DNA of 64,000 nt from Patescibacteria group bacterium (GTDB lineage Bacteria > Patescibacteriota > Patescibacteriia > XYB2-FULL-38-15). The position numbers and the translations under genes are program-made. Position 1 is the first letter of the stretch, and each line of letters begins with the position of its first letter. The notes beneath the pieces are model-generated. The model saw nothing but the letters and a program-made list of their open reading frames with translations, did not search any database and was not told where the DNA came from. The stretch is from NCBI GenBank assembly GCA_041653675.1, contig JBAZEY010000004.1:1105-65104 (forward strand), written 5' to 3'. Below, piece after piece: positions 10,085-19,857 of the stretch.

Positions 10085-10530
10085 AAATAAATTAAAAATT
10101 AAAAATGTAAAATTAAAAATTACAATTAAAAGTTCAAAATTACTTCCTGCCCTTGGTACTCATAATAATAGCGGCTAGTATACGCGACAGTTCATCAGTT
10201 TCTTTTAAAAGTTTGTCAATGTTTAATTTCTGGCCGTCGCGAAATAGACCGAGCCAGTATTTTGTTTCGTTGGCTGATTTAAGGGCAATAGTTAAAAAAT
10301 TTATAAAATCTCTTCGTGAACCGGCGGCCTGAGCTTCAATAATATTCGCACCGATACTCGTGGCGCAGCGCAGAAGTTGTTTGGCCATTATTTCAACAAT
10401 CCAATCTTTTCTATCTAACTTCTTAAGAAAACACAAAATTTCTAAACTAAAAATATAGGCGCGTTTTTTAATGTCAATTTTTAATTTTTCATTGTAATTT
10501 TGCATTTTTAATTTTGAATTTTGAATTAAA
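10085..10530. repeat. Inverted-repeat-bounded cassette carrying the four-helix-bundle (IVS-protein/Avd-like) gene
   Basis: Left arm near 10097-10127 is aaaattaaaaatgtaaaattaaaaattacaat. The reverse complement of the right arm near 10487-10517 is aaaattaaaaatgcaaaattacaatg. Confidence 0.5.
10140..10505 (-). CDS. Four-helix-bundle protein (23S rRNA intervening-sequence protein family, TIGR02436/PF05635; same family as DGR Avd)
   Basis: ATSIGANIIEAQAAGSRRDFINFLTIALKSANETKYWLGL matches the family core. The likely start is the internal MQNYNEK, not the upstream extension that overlaps the MFS gene. Confidence 0.8.
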   Translation of the reverse strand: MQNYNEKLKIDIKKRAYIFSLEILCFLKKLDRKDWIVEIMAKQLLRCATSIGANIIEAQAAGSRRDFINFLTIALKSANETKYWLGLFRDGQKLNIDKLLKETDELSRILAAIIMSTKGRK

Positions 10531-11680
10531 TTAACGCGTACAACGCCGTCATTGCCGCGGCTAAAATAAAAAGCGCGATCCAACTATCCGGAAAAAAGAA
10601 AAGAGTGACAAGGGCAAGCGCGCTCACAATAAGTTTTCCCAAAACTAGAGCCATCTGAAGAAAAATAACGCAATTCATCACGCTGGTTTTTTTCGCTTCT
10701 TCGTAAGTAATAGACGCGAGCGGAACGCCGACGGTTCTTCTTGAAATTCTGTATAATGAGTCGGTCATAAAAACGCCAACTCCGGAAATTACTAAAACTC
10801 TCATAAGCCAAGTAAAGGCCGTAAAAATAACTCCGATTTTTAAAACTTCGTGTCTTGACTCTTCATCCGTAATTCTTCCAATATATAAGGTTAAAATTGT
10901 TGCCACAAAGACGGAGGCAGAAATTAAAAATCCGATGGAAGCATAGGCCGGAATCATTAAAAAAATAAAAATTGGCCAAAGATAACCGGCCAAATGTTCT
11001 TCGCCAAAACCAAAATAAGAAAAAAGTTTTCGTCGATTCTCGGGCGCGACTAGCCGCTTCATTGAATCCCGATAAGAAAAAGGTACTGGCTCAAATTTTT
11101 CCGGAGTGGTGAGAAGAGGGATATTGGAAACTAGAATCAAAAAGGCAACAATAATAAACAAAACTTTAAATCCGACGGTCGCAATGACGACGCCGCCGAA
11201 AGCCGGTCCCAAAATCATTACGATAGAATCAAGCACCACTAAATTGGAAATCTCCCTGCCGCGCGATCCATCTTTACCGAAACGAGCAAAATCGGCGTGG
11301 TAACCCGGCCAATAAAGCGTTTTTTGGATGGCTAAAGAAATGACCGCGCTTACAATAAAAAAAGGATGGTAGGGAATGGCAAACAACGACAAGTAAAAGA
11401 GAATTAAAAAGGGCGTGGAAAAAAGTATGGCGTGTTCGTAGCCGCGACTACGGGCAAATTTTCCGCCAAGCGGTACTAATAAAAAGTACAGGGCGTAAAC
11501 GGCAATATAAAAAATCAAAATTTTGGATAAAGAAAATCCCAGGGTGTAAAGATAGATAGGCTCAAAAACGCCAACCGCCGAAACGGCAAAATCTAAAATC
11601 GCCGTCGACCAAAAAAGCTCCTTTAATTCCCGCGACATGCCATCCGCGAAATAACGATGATAAAAATTACGTAAAAACAT
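10526..11680 (-). CDS. Polytopic membrane transporter, MFS-like
   Basis: About 12 predicted TM helices across 384 aa with Gly/Pro-rich loops; no specific substrate motif recognised. Confidence 0.6.
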   Translation of the reverse strand: MFLRNFYHRYFADGMSRELKELFWSTAILDFAVSAVGVFEPIYLYTLGFSLSKILIFYIAVYALYFLLVPLGGKFARSRGYEHAILFSTPFLILFYLSLFAIPYHPFFIVSAVISLAIQKTLYWPGYHADFARFGKDGSRGREISNLVVLDSIVMILGPAFGGVVIATVGFKVLFIIVAFLILVSNIPLLTTPEKFEPVPFSYRDSMKRLVAPENRRKLFSYFGFGEEHLAGYLWPIFIFLMIPAYASIGFLISASVFVATILTLYIGRITDEESRHEVLKIGVIFTAFTWLMRVLVISGVGVFMTDSLYRISRRTVGVPLASITYEEAKKTSVMNCVIFLQMALVLGKLIVSALALVTLFFFPDSWIALFILAAAMTALYALI

Positions 11681-11724
11681 TTGTTTACGCCTCGAATATC
11701 AATTTAATTTTCAATGAATATTTT

Positions 11725-12675
11725 TTAACTTTTTTTTCTGAACCATTCCACTGTTTTTTCTAAACCTTCATCTAATTTTACTTTTGGTTCCCACCCGAGC
11801 TCACGTCTAATTTTTGAATAATCAAGAACGCTCCGCATTTGCTCGCCGGCGACTTTATTTTTGGCTGTCCCCTGCCCGATCGGCGCGCCGTGTATTTCGG
11901 AAGCGCGGGAACCCGTTAACTTTTTTAAAGTTTTAAAAAGTTTAAGAACATCTATTTCCCGGCTTGTTCCAACATTAAAAGATCCAACCTTTTTAGATTT
12001 TAACGCCAAGAGATTTGCCCGGACAACGTCGCCAATGTAAATATAGTCTCTCGTTTGTTTGCCGCTTCCGAAAATAACCGGCTGTTTTCCGTGGAGCATT
12101 TTATCAGTAAAAATAGCGATTACTCCCGCCTCACCCTCGGGACTCTGCCGCGGACCATAAACATTAGCCAACCGAAGAGCCGCGTAGGGTAATCCATGCG
12201 TCTTCCAAAAATAATGCAAATACATTTCGGCAGAAATTTTTGCCGCGCCGTATGGTGAAACAGGCAGGGCAAATTTATTTTCCGGCGTTGGCAGAACCGT
12301 CGCCTCTGAAGAAAGGGCGCCGCCGGTTGCCGCGAAAATAATTTTTTTCACTCCGTATTTCGCCGCATTTTGTAAAATATTAATTGTTCCTAAAACATTT
12401 ATCTCCGCGTCAAAGATCGGATCGCGCACCGAGGTCCGCGTGTCTATCTGAGCGGCGTAATGGAAAACAAACGCTGGTTTTTCTTTTTTAAAAATTCCCT
12501 GAATTTTTTTATCGCGAACGTCAATTTTATAAAATTTCGCCCGAGGATTAATATTTTGTTTTTTTCCTCTATACAAATTATCAATCACAACAACTCTGTG
12601 ACCGCGCTCGATTAACGCGTCAACAATATGAGAACCAATAAAGCCGGCGCCGCCAGTGACAATAATTTTTGCCAT
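11725..12675 (-). CDS. NAD-dependent epimerase/dehydratase (UDP-glucose 4-epimerase-like)
   Basis: N-terminal TGGAGFIGSH Rossmann motif and YxxxK catalytic region (SPYGAAK). Confidence 0.88.
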   Translation of the reverse strand: MAKIIVTGGAGFIGSHIVDALIERGHRVVVIDNLYRGKKQNINPRAKFYKIDVRDKKIQGIFKKEKPAFVFHYAAQIDTRTSVRDPIFDAEINVLGTINILQNAAKYGVKKIIFAATGGALSSEATVLPTPENKFALPVSPYGAAKISAEMYLHYFWKTHGLPYAALRLANVYGPRQSPEGEAGVIAIFTDKMLHGKQPVIFGSGKQTRDYIYIGDVVRANLLALKSKKVGSFNVGTSREIDVLKLFKTLKKLTGSRASEIHGAPIGQGTAKNKVAGEQMRSVLDYSKIRRELGWEPKVKLDEGLEKTVEWFRKKS

Positions 12676-12708
12676 AGATATAAATTTACAATTTTTAAAT
12701 TATATAAT

Positions 12709-13818
12709 TTATTTTTTTCCCGTTTCTTTTTTCCATTTTAAGTATGCTTCCATAAATGGCTCTAAATCTCCATCGAGCACTGTTTCCGCGTCCGCCGTTT
12801 CAAACTTTGTCCGATGGTCTTTAACCATTTTATATGGTTGTAAAACATACGATCGAATCTGGTTTCCCCACGCCGCCAAAACCCCCGCCCGTAATTTATC
12901 TATTTCTTTAGTTCTTGTTTCTTCTTGCAAATACAAAATTTTTGCTTTCAAAATTTTCAAAGCGGTTTCTTTATTTTGCGCCTGCGAACGCTCGCGCTGA
13001 CAACTAACTGTAAGGCCAGTTGGAATATGGACAGCTCTTACGGCCGAATAAGTTGTTTGCACACTTTGTCCGCCATGGCCGCTCGAAAGGAATGTATCAA
13101 TCCGTAAATCTTTTGGATCAATTTTTACTTCTGAAACATCTTCAATTTCCGGTAAAATTTCAACCAAAGCGAATGAAGTATGGCGCATTTTTTCCGCATC
13201 ATATGGAGAAATACGAACTAAGCGGTGAACACCAGATTCACTCCGAAGCCACCCATAAGCCATTCTGCCGGTAACCTTTATTGTAATACTTTTTATGCCC
13301 GCTTCCCCGCCGCGCGTCTCGTCAATAATTTCTGTCCGCCAACCCTTCTTTTCACAAAATCTAAGATACATTCGAAGAAGCATTTCCGCCCAATCCTGCG
13401 CTTCAGTACCGCCCGTTCCGGCATGAATCCCCAAAATGGCGTTCGCCCGATCGTGGGATTCAGAAAATAAAACAAAAAATTCTAATTTTTTAAACTTGGC
13501 AAGAAGCTCATTATATTTTTTTTCTATCTCTTCGCGGAGAGTTACTTCTTTATCTTTTTCATCAAGCCGAGCTAAATCCAAAACATCATCAACTTCTTTT
13601 TTCAGTTTTTCCCAAATTTCAACTTCCTCTTTTAAATCATTTAATCTTTGGCTCATTTCCCGCGCCGCTTCTTGGTCTTTCCAGAAGTCTGGCTCCGAAG
13701 TTATCTTTTCCAGATTAATAATTTCTTTTTTATTATTCTCTAATTTTAAAAGTTCAAAGGCCTTGGCTATCCTCTGTTTCAGGTCTTCTATATTTTTAAC
13801 CAACTCATCCATTTTCAT
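12709..13818 (-). CDS. prfB: Peptide chain release factor 2
   Basis: GGQ motif (GHGGQSVQTT), SPY/SPF-type tripeptide region, 369 aa. The frame is continuous with no programmed +1 frameshift. Confidence 0.9.
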   Translation of the reverse strand: MKMDELVKNIEDLKQRIAKAFELLKLENNKKEIINLEKITSEPDFWKDQEAAREMSQRLNDLKEEVEIWEKLKKEVDDVLDLARLDEKDKEVTLREEIEKKYNELLAKFKKLEFFVLFSESHDRANAILGIHAGTGGTEAQDWAEMLLRMYLRFCEKKGWRTEIIDETRGGEAGIKSITIKVTGRMAYGWLRSESGVHRLVRISPYDAEKMRHTSFALVEILPEIEDVSEVKIDPKDLRIDTFLSSGHGGQSVQTTYSAVRAVHIPTGLTVSCQRERSQAQNKETALKILKAKILYLQEETRTKEIDKLRAGVLAAWGNQIRSYVLQPYKMVKDHRTKFETADAETVLDGDLEPFMEAYLKWKKETGKK

Positions 13819-13845
13819 AAACTTCTCGTCCGCCTTTTTTCTAAA

Positions 13846-15087
13846 TTAATTATTATACTCTCCGAGCGTCACTTTGATGTTTTTTTCTTCGCCCTTACGT
13901 AAAATTTTTAGATTAATTTCATTGCCAGGATGAAATTTAGCTATTTCCCTGGACAACGGGTGCTCTTCGTCTATTTTTTGACTATTCAATTCCAAAATTA
14001 TGTCATTTTCTAAAAGGCCTGCTTTGTCTGCCGGAGATCCTGGTACTACAGCAAAATCTGTTTCTTTCTGCCCGCGCGCCACAAGCGCCCCATAATCCTT
14101 TTCCAGCTGATTTTCTTTGGCAATTTCTTTATTGATTAAAACATAGCGGACGCCAAGCCATGGCCGAACTATCTTTCCGTTTGCCTTAACACTTTCTATA
14201 TCTTGTTTGGCCGTATTAATCGGAATGGAAAAACCTATCAGCTGCCCTTGCTGGCTCATAGCTGTGTTAATGCCGATTACCTGGCCAGCCAAATTCACGA
14301 GCGGCCCGCCGGAATTTCCCGGATTAATCGCTGCGTCAGTTTGGATTGCCTCTTCGATTACTTCCGATCCGCCGCGATTGTCTCCGGCCTCTATCCGCCG
14401 ACCAATGCCAGAAATTACACCCTTAGTCACGGTATTTTTATATTCTCCCAATGAATTTCCAATCGCAATCACTGTTTGACCCAATTCGAGTTTATCTGAG
14501 TCGCCGAGCTCCACAATCGGAAGATCAGTGGCTTCAATTTTTAAAACTGCGATGTCTAAAAATGGATCTGTTGCTAAAATTTTCGCGTCATATTTTTTAT
14601 CATCATTTGTGATAACTGTATATTCCGCTTCCTCGTCGGACACTACGTGTTTATTTGTCAAAATCAAACCGTCCGAAGAAATGATAAATCCCGTCCCGCC
14701 GCCAATTTCCGTTTTGCCAGAAGTGCCGCTCGTATCTCCGGCACTGGGCGACCCGAAATTAAAAGGGAAACCAAAAATCTGCGAAAAATTATTGGAATTA
14801 TTAATTTTACTAATATCTTTAGAAACAACAATTGAAACTACGGCTGGAGCTACCTTTTTAACCGCACTAACTGTCGCCGATTCTTCAATCACCGCCTGAG
14901 TAATGGCTCGCTCGCTTAAAGTTCCTTCTCCTATCTGCACATCTTCACCTAAAAAAAATTTTTGAAACCACGGGATAATATGGCTCTTCCCATAAATTCC
15001 ACCAAGCATGCCGCCGATTCCGCCAAAAATTAAACTGACGAGCACCGCGGCAATTAAAACTTTTTGAAATTGTTTGTCTAGCTGCAT
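13846..15087 (-). CDS. htrA: HtrA/DegP-family serine protease with PDZ domain
   Basis: Catalytic triad context TNKHVV and GNSGGPL; N-terminal TM segment; C-terminal PDZ. Confidence 0.9.
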   Translation of the reverse strand: MQLDKQFQKVLIAAVLVSLIFGGIGGMLGGIYGKSHIIPWFQKFFLGEDVQIGEGTLSERAITQAVIEESATVSAVKKVAPAVVSIVVSKDISKINNSNNFSQIFGFPFNFGSPSAGDTSGTSGKTEIGGGTGFIISSDGLILTNKHVVSDEEAEYTVITNDDKKYDAKILATDPFLDIAVLKIEATDLPIVELGDSDKLELGQTVIAIGNSLGEYKNTVTKGVISGIGRRIEAGDNRGGSEVIEEAIQTDAAINPGNSGGPLVNLAGQVIGINTAMSQQGQLIGFSIPINTAKQDIESVKANGKIVRPWLGVRYVLINKEIAKENQLEKDYGALVARGQKETDFAVVPGSPADKAGLLENDIILELNSQKIDEEHPLSREIAKFHPGNEINLKILRKGEEKNIKVTLGEYNN

Positions 15088-15159
15088 ATCGTTTAGAATC
15101 AGTTAGTAACGGTATAAATTATTTTTTTAATTTATAACCTACACTCCTGATTCAAAAAA

Positions 15160-15462
15160 TTATTTTTTTAATTTCATCAAATAATGATTAAAATTAACTA
15201 CTCTGCCGTTTTCTATTTTTATCCCCTCTTTTTTTAACAGGGTAATTTTTTTCTTAACTCCACCTGAATAACCGCCCAAACTTCCGTCCGATTTCACCAC
15301 GCGATGGCAAGGAGTTTTTATGGGATGCGGATTTTTATGTAATGCCCCGCCAACCGCCCGCGGACCAGTTTTTAAAATCCTCGCGATTTCGCCATAGGTC
15401 GTCACTCTTCCTCGAGGAATTTTCTTCGTCAAAAATAAAACCTTCTCCTCAAATAGGCTCAT
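15160..15462 (-). CDS. MGMT-family protein (methylated-DNA-protein-cysteine methyltransferase DNA-binding domain)
   Basis: PCHRVV active-site motif; 100 aa stand-alone domain. Confidence 0.75.
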   Translation of the reverse strand: MSLFEEKVLFLTKKIPRGRVTTYGEIARILKTGPRAVGGALHKNPHPIKTPCHRVVKSDGSLGGYSGGVKKKITLLKKEGIKIENGRVVNFNHYLMKLKK

Positions 15463-15507
15463 ATATTAATTATAACAAAAAACTAGATAAAAGTAACCGG
15501 CGCCGAC

Positions 15508-16215
15508 CTACTCTCTTACCTCACAAATTTCAAAATTATATTTTATTTTCTCGCGTAATTCTTGCAAAAATTCGGCCGGATACGCCTTTGTTCCACGAAA
15601 TTCCGGCGCAAGAATTTTCTCCCCCGCCCGAAATTGCTGTAAATAATATTTTTTCGCCCCCTTAATAAATTCCGCGATCTTTAAAATGTCTTCCTTAACA
15701 TGAAGTCCCGGAACAATTGTGGTGCGAAATTCATATTCTAAACCGCTCCGCATTACAATACCAATACTCTCTTTAATATTATCAAGGCTCACCGCGCCTC
15801 CAACAACTTTTTCGTACGATTCTTTTTGTAATAATGTTTTTATATCCATCGCAATATAATCAATTAATTTCTCCTCAAGGAGCGCCTTAAGCATTTCTGA
15901 ATTAGTTCCATTAGTATCTAACTTTACTAAAAATCTAAGCGCTTTAATTTTTTTTATAAATTCTGGCAAATCGGGATAAAGTGTCGGCTCTCCTCCGGTA
16001 ATACAGACGCCGTCCAGGAGTCCGCGCCGTGAATTCAAAAAATCAAAAAAAAATTTTTCTTCAATAATCTCCGATAATTTAACTTTTTTCGGATCAATCA
16101 ACTCTGGATTATGACAAAAATGACAGCGAAAATTACAGCCAACAGTAAAAACCGTGCAAGCAATTTTGCCGGGATAATCGATTAAAGTTAATTTTTGTAA
16201 TCCACCAATAAGCAT
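15508..16215 (-). CDS. nrdG: Anaerobic ribonucleoside-triphosphate reductase activating protein (radical SAM)
   Basis: CNFRCHFC radical-SAM cluster motif; sits next to nrdD. Confidence 0.9.
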   Translation of the reverse strand: MLIGGLQKLTLIDYPGKIACTVFTVGCNFRCHFCHNPELIDPKKVKLSEIIEEKFFFDFLNSRRGLLDGVCITGGEPTLYPDLPEFIKKIKALRFLVKLDTNGTNSEMLKALLEEKLIDYIAMDIKTLLQKESYEKVVGGAVSLDNIKESIGIVMRSGLEYEFRTTIVPGLHVKEDILKIAEFIKGAKKYYLQQFRAGEKILAPEFRGTKAYPAEFLQELREKIKYNFEICEVRE

Positions 16216-16283
16216 AGGAGCATTTTATCACAAAACACGACCTCCATCAAAGGGCCGTGTTTTATAAAACTCATTTCTATCAT

Positions 16284-16433
16284 CTAAACTTCCTCTATCT
16301 GTTTATCGTAAGTCTTTCTTTCTCCAAATTCTGCTTGTTTCCCATCATTCCATTGGCTTACCGGGCGAAGATAGCCGACAACGCGGGAATAAATTTCACA
16401 CGCCTGCCGCTTTGTTTGTTTTTCCTCCGTCAT
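16284..16433 (-). CDS. Stand-alone glycyl-radical domain of class III RNR (49 aa), split from nrdD
   Basis: Hand translation MTEEKQTKRQACEIYSRVVGYLRPVSQWNDGKQAEFGERKTYDKQIEEV. The RVxGY...NxGKQxE segment matches the NrdD C-terminal glycyl-radical motif. It is below the 60-aa cutoff of the ORF track. Confidence 0.55.
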   Translation of the reverse strand: MTEEKQTKRQACEIYSRVVGYLRPVSQWNDGKQAEFGERKTYDKQIEEV

Positions 16434-16464
16434 ATATTTATTGTTAATTTATTAATTTTATTAA

Positions 16465-18495
16465 TTAACCCTTATACCCAATTTCTTCATCGCACTTCGG
16501 GCAGAAAGGATGCTCACCTGAGAGATAACCATGTTTTGGGCAAACACTAAAGGTTGGCGTCAGAGAAAAATACGGCAAGTGAAATTGGCCAGCAATTTTT
16601 TTAACAAGCAATTTTGCCGCATCGCCGTTAGGCAACCTTTCCCCGATAAAGCCATGCAGCACCGTACCTCCAGTATACCGCGTTTGCAGATCATCTTGCA
16701 AGCGCAAGGCTTCAAAATAATCGTTGGTAAATCCGACCGGTAAATGAGTAGAGTTTGTATAATAAGGAACAGCTCCTTTTTCTCGGTGAGCTTTTTCATT
16801 AGCAACAATAATTTCCGGATATTTTGCTTTGTCTTTTTTCACCAAGCTATAACTCGTGCCTTCGCCCGGAGTTGCTTCAAGATTATAAAGATTGTTTGTC
16901 TCAAGTTGATAATCCATTAGTCTCTCCCGCATAAAATCCAGAACCGACTTGGCAAAATCTTGTCCTTCTTCTGTCGCGATATTCCTTCCTAAGAAATTGA
17001 GGCAGGCTTCATTCATTCCAATCAAACCGATGGTATTAAAATGATTTCTCCAATATTCATTAAATCTTTCTTTAATTGGTGCAAGGTAATGGCGGCAGTA
17101 AGGATAAAGGCCCTTGCCGGTTAAGGTTTCTACAACCTCCCTCTTCATTTCAAGGCTCTTTTTGGCCAAATCCATAAGCCGTGCTAGGCGATCAAAAAAT
17201 TCTTTTCTGGTTTTTGAAAGATAACCAATGCGCGGCATATTGATGGTTACAACGCCAATTGAACCAGTCAAAGGATTGGCCGCGAAAAGTCCGCCACCTC
17301 GTTTTCTAAGTTCACGATTATCAAGACGCAGCCTACAGCACATTGACCGCGCGTCCTCGGCCTTCATATCGGAATTTACAAAATTAGCAAAATAAGGAAT
17401 GCCATATTTAGCCGTCATTTCCCAAATCGGATCAAATTCTTTCTTTTCCCAGTTAAAATCTGGCGTAATATTGTATGTTGGGATAGGAAAAGAAAAAACT
17501 CTGCCTTTCGCATCTCCGGAAATCATCACTTCGGCAAAAGCCTGATTAAACATATCCATTTCTACCTGAAATTCTCCATACTTTTCTTTTTGCGGCACTC
17601 CGCCAATAATTACTGCTTCATCCGCCATATTTTTAGGCGGAATAAGGTCCATAGTGATGTTGGTAAATGGCGTCTGAAAGCCAACGCGAGTAGGAACATT
17701 AACATTAAAAACAAATTCCTGCATGGCCTGCCGGACATCCTTGTAGGTCAAGTTGTCATAACGAATAAACGGAGCAAGAAGCGTGTCAAAATTAGCAAAA
17801 GCTTGGGCGCCGGCTACTTCACCTTGAAGAGTATAAAAGAAATTAACAATTTGTCCCAGGGCACTCCTCAAATGTTTCGCTGGTTTTGATTCTATTTTGC
17901 CCATCACTCCCCCAAATCCCCGCGTCAACAAATCGTGAAGATCCCAACCACAGCAATAAGCCGCCAAAATTTGTAAATCGTGAATATGGAAATCACCGTC
18001 CATATACGCATCTCTAATTTCTGGCGGATAAACTTTATTCAACCAATAATGAGAACTTATTGCCGAACTAATATGATTGTTCAAGCCTTGCAAAGAAAAA
18101 GCCATGTTACTATTTTCCCGGACTAACCAATCCAATTTATCTAAATAATTGCCCATCAGCTGATTTGAATCAACGAGAGCATTTAATTCGCGAATTTTAG
18201 CGTGCTGATCGCGATAGAGAATGTAAGCCTTGGCCACCCTCATTTGTCTCGCCCTAATCAAAACTTCTTCTACGATATCCTGAATTTCTTCAACAGCCGG
18301 TATTGACCGAGGATGAAATTTTTTATTTAAAACTTTCATCACTTGATCTGAAAGCCGGTTCGCTAACTTCTCATCCTTTTCCCCAGTAGCCTCTATTGCT
18401 TTCCCGACCGCCACCGCAACTTTTCCTTGATCAAAATCAACAATACGGCCATCTCTTTTTCTTATTTGGGTGATTTTATTCTGACTATATATCAT
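16465..18495 (-). CDS. nrdD: Anaerobic ribonucleoside-triphosphate reductase (class III) large protein, lacking the glycyl-radical tail
   Basis: N-terminal ATP-cone; C-terminal Zn-ribbon CPKHG...CPKCDEE; the ORF then stops (GYKG*) before the glycyl-radical motif. Confidence 0.9.
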   Translation of the reverse strand: MIYSQNKITQIRKRDGRIVDFDQGKVAVAVGKAIEATGEKDEKLANRLSDQVMKVLNKKFHPRSIPAVEEIQDIVEEVLIRARQMRVAKAYILYRDQHAKIRELNALVDSNQLMGNYLDKLDWLVRENSNMAFSLQGLNNHISSAISSHYWLNKVYPPEIRDAYMDGDFHIHDLQILAAYCCGWDLHDLLTRGFGGVMGKIESKPAKHLRSALGQIVNFFYTLQGEVAGAQAFANFDTLLAPFIRYDNLTYKDVRQAMQEFVFNVNVPTRVGFQTPFTNITMDLIPPKNMADEAVIIGGVPQKEKYGEFQVEMDMFNQAFAEVMISGDAKGRVFSFPIPTYNITPDFNWEKKEFDPIWEMTAKYGIPYFANFVNSDMKAEDARSMCCRLRLDNRELRKRGGGLFAANPLTGSIGVVTINMPRIGYLSKTRKEFFDRLARLMDLAKKSLEMKREVVETLTGKGLYPYCRHYLAPIKERFNEYWRNHFNTIGLIGMNEACLNFLGRNIATEEGQDFAKSVLDFMRERLMDYQLETNNLYNLEATPGEGTSYSLVKKDKAKYPEIIVANEKAHREKGAVPYYTNSTHLPVGFTNDYFEALRLQDDLQTRYTGGTVLHGFIGERLPNGDAAKLLVKKIAGQFHLPYFSLTPTFSVCPKHGYLSGEHPFCPKCDEEIGYKG

Positions 18496-18642
18496 AAATT
18501 GAGCGAATAAAATAACAAGATAACCTTGAAGAACATAAATTCGAGAAATCGGCGATAAATTTTCAAAACCCTATCTGATCCTCCTTCTCAAATCTGCTCC
18601 CGCTATCTTGCTATCGTATTATCTTATGAAATGAAATTTAAA

Positions 18643-19854
18643 TTACATTATTTTCTTTCGAAGAAACGCAGGAATGTCTAAATCCTCCGCCTCTCCTCCG
18701 TCGACTTTCTTGGCGGAAAAATTTTTGCCAGCGGCGTCTTTTTCTTCAGTCCCTTCAATGTCTCCAAATTCAGTAATTTTCTTTACTGGCCTTTTTTGAA
18801 ACTGACCAACGGACGGTTTTTCCGCTTCTTTCATTTTTCCAATTGTTGGGACGGAAAAAGTGCGGGCCGTTGGCAATTCCGCATCGTATGACGCCTTTCT
18901 TCTTTCAGTAAAGCCTGTGGCAATAACAGTAATCTTAATATTATCCTTCATGTTTTCATTAATTACCGCGCCAAAAATAACTTTCGCGTCAGGATCGGCC
19001 GATGCCGTAATAATTTTAGCCGCTTCAGCAACTTCATGCATACCCAAATTCTGACCACCCGTAACTGTAAAGAGTATTCCTCGCGCGCCATCAATAGACA
19101 TTTCTAAAAGCGGTGAAGAAATAGCCGCTTTTGCCGCCTCCTCCGCTCTTCCTTCTCCGCTCGCTTCTCCAATTCCCATCATTGCTGAACCCGCGTCTTT
19201 CATTATCGCCCGCACATCGGCAAAATCAACGTTAATCAAACCGGGTATTGTGATTAATTCGGAAATTCCTTGAACGCCATTTTTTAAAACTTCATCACAA
19301 GTCGTGAATGCATCCAAGAGAGAAGTTTTTTTATCAATAATTTGTAAAAGTCTGTCGTTCGGAATAGTTATCAAGGTATCAACCTTGTCTTCCAATTCCT
19401 CCATGGCTCGCTCGGCGATCGTCCGTCTCTGTGCTCCTTCAAAAGAAAAAGGCTTTGTCACAACCGCCACCGTGAGCGCTCCCTGATCGCGTGCGAGCTG
19501 AGCAACAATCGGCGACGCGCCTGATCCTGTCCCGCCGCCCAAGCCGCAAGTCACAAAAACCATGTCCGCGCCCTTCAAGGCATCTCTAATTTCATTTTGG
19601 CTCTCTTCGGCCGCGCGTCTTCCGACCTCCGCGTCCATTCCCGCCCCTAAGCCGCGAGTAATGGTTTTTCCAATGTGCAATCTCACTGGCGCTTCGGAAT
19701 AATGAAGAGCTTGCACGTCGGTATTGGCGGCAATAAATTCAACGCCTCTTATCTTGGCTTTGACCATGCGATTCACCGCCGAGCCGCCCGATCCCCCAAC
19801 GCCAACAACCTTGATCTTGGCAAAGGTTTCAATTTCTGGTTTTATTTCTGGCAT
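18643..19854 (-). CDS. ftsZ: Cell division protein FtsZ
   Basis: Tubulin signature [14 protein letters not shown]7 loop, 403 aa. Confidence 0.95.
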   Translation of the reverse strand: MPEIKPEIETFAKIKVVGVGGSGGSAVNRMVKAKIRGVEFIAANTDVQALHYSEAPVRLHIGKTITRGLGAGMDAEVGRRAAEESQNEIRDALKGADMVFVTCGLGGGTGSGASPIVAQLARDQGALTVAVVTKPFSFEGAQRRTIAERAMEELEDKVDTLITIPNDRLLQIIDKKTSLLDAFTTCDEVLKNGVQGISELITIPGLINVDFADVRAIMKDAGSAMMGIGEASGEGRAEEAAKAAISSPLLEMSIDGARGILFTVTGGQNLGMHEVAEAAKIITASADPDAKVIFGAVINENMKDNIKITVIATGFTERRKASYDAELPTARTFSVPTIGKMKEAEKPSVGQFQKRPVKKITEFGDIEGTEEKDAAGKNFSAKKVDGGEAEDLDIPAFLRKKIM

Positions 19855-19857
19855 AAT

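Noticed and set aside
10526-10583. Long N-terminal extension of the four-helix-bundle ORF (start at 10583)
   Set aside because: It overlaps the 3' end of the MFS gene and lies outside the family core. The internal MQNYNEK start at about 10505 fits the family length.
10584-10811. 75-aa ORF on the minus strand
   Set aside because: It lies entirely inside the MFS transporter gene in another frame.
12709-13818. Programmed +1 frameshift expected in prfB
   Set aside because: The frame is continuous from MKMDELV... through GGQ, so no frameshift site is present. Many bacteria lack it.
16257-16550. 97-aa plus-strand ORF in the nrdD-nrdG spacer
   Set aside because: It is antisense to the glycyl-radical mini-ORF and the nrdD 3' end and has a low-complexity hydrophobic translation.
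18496-18642. NrdR box upstream of nrdD
   Set aside because: No 16-bp NrdR-type palindrome was recognisable in the AT-rich spacer.
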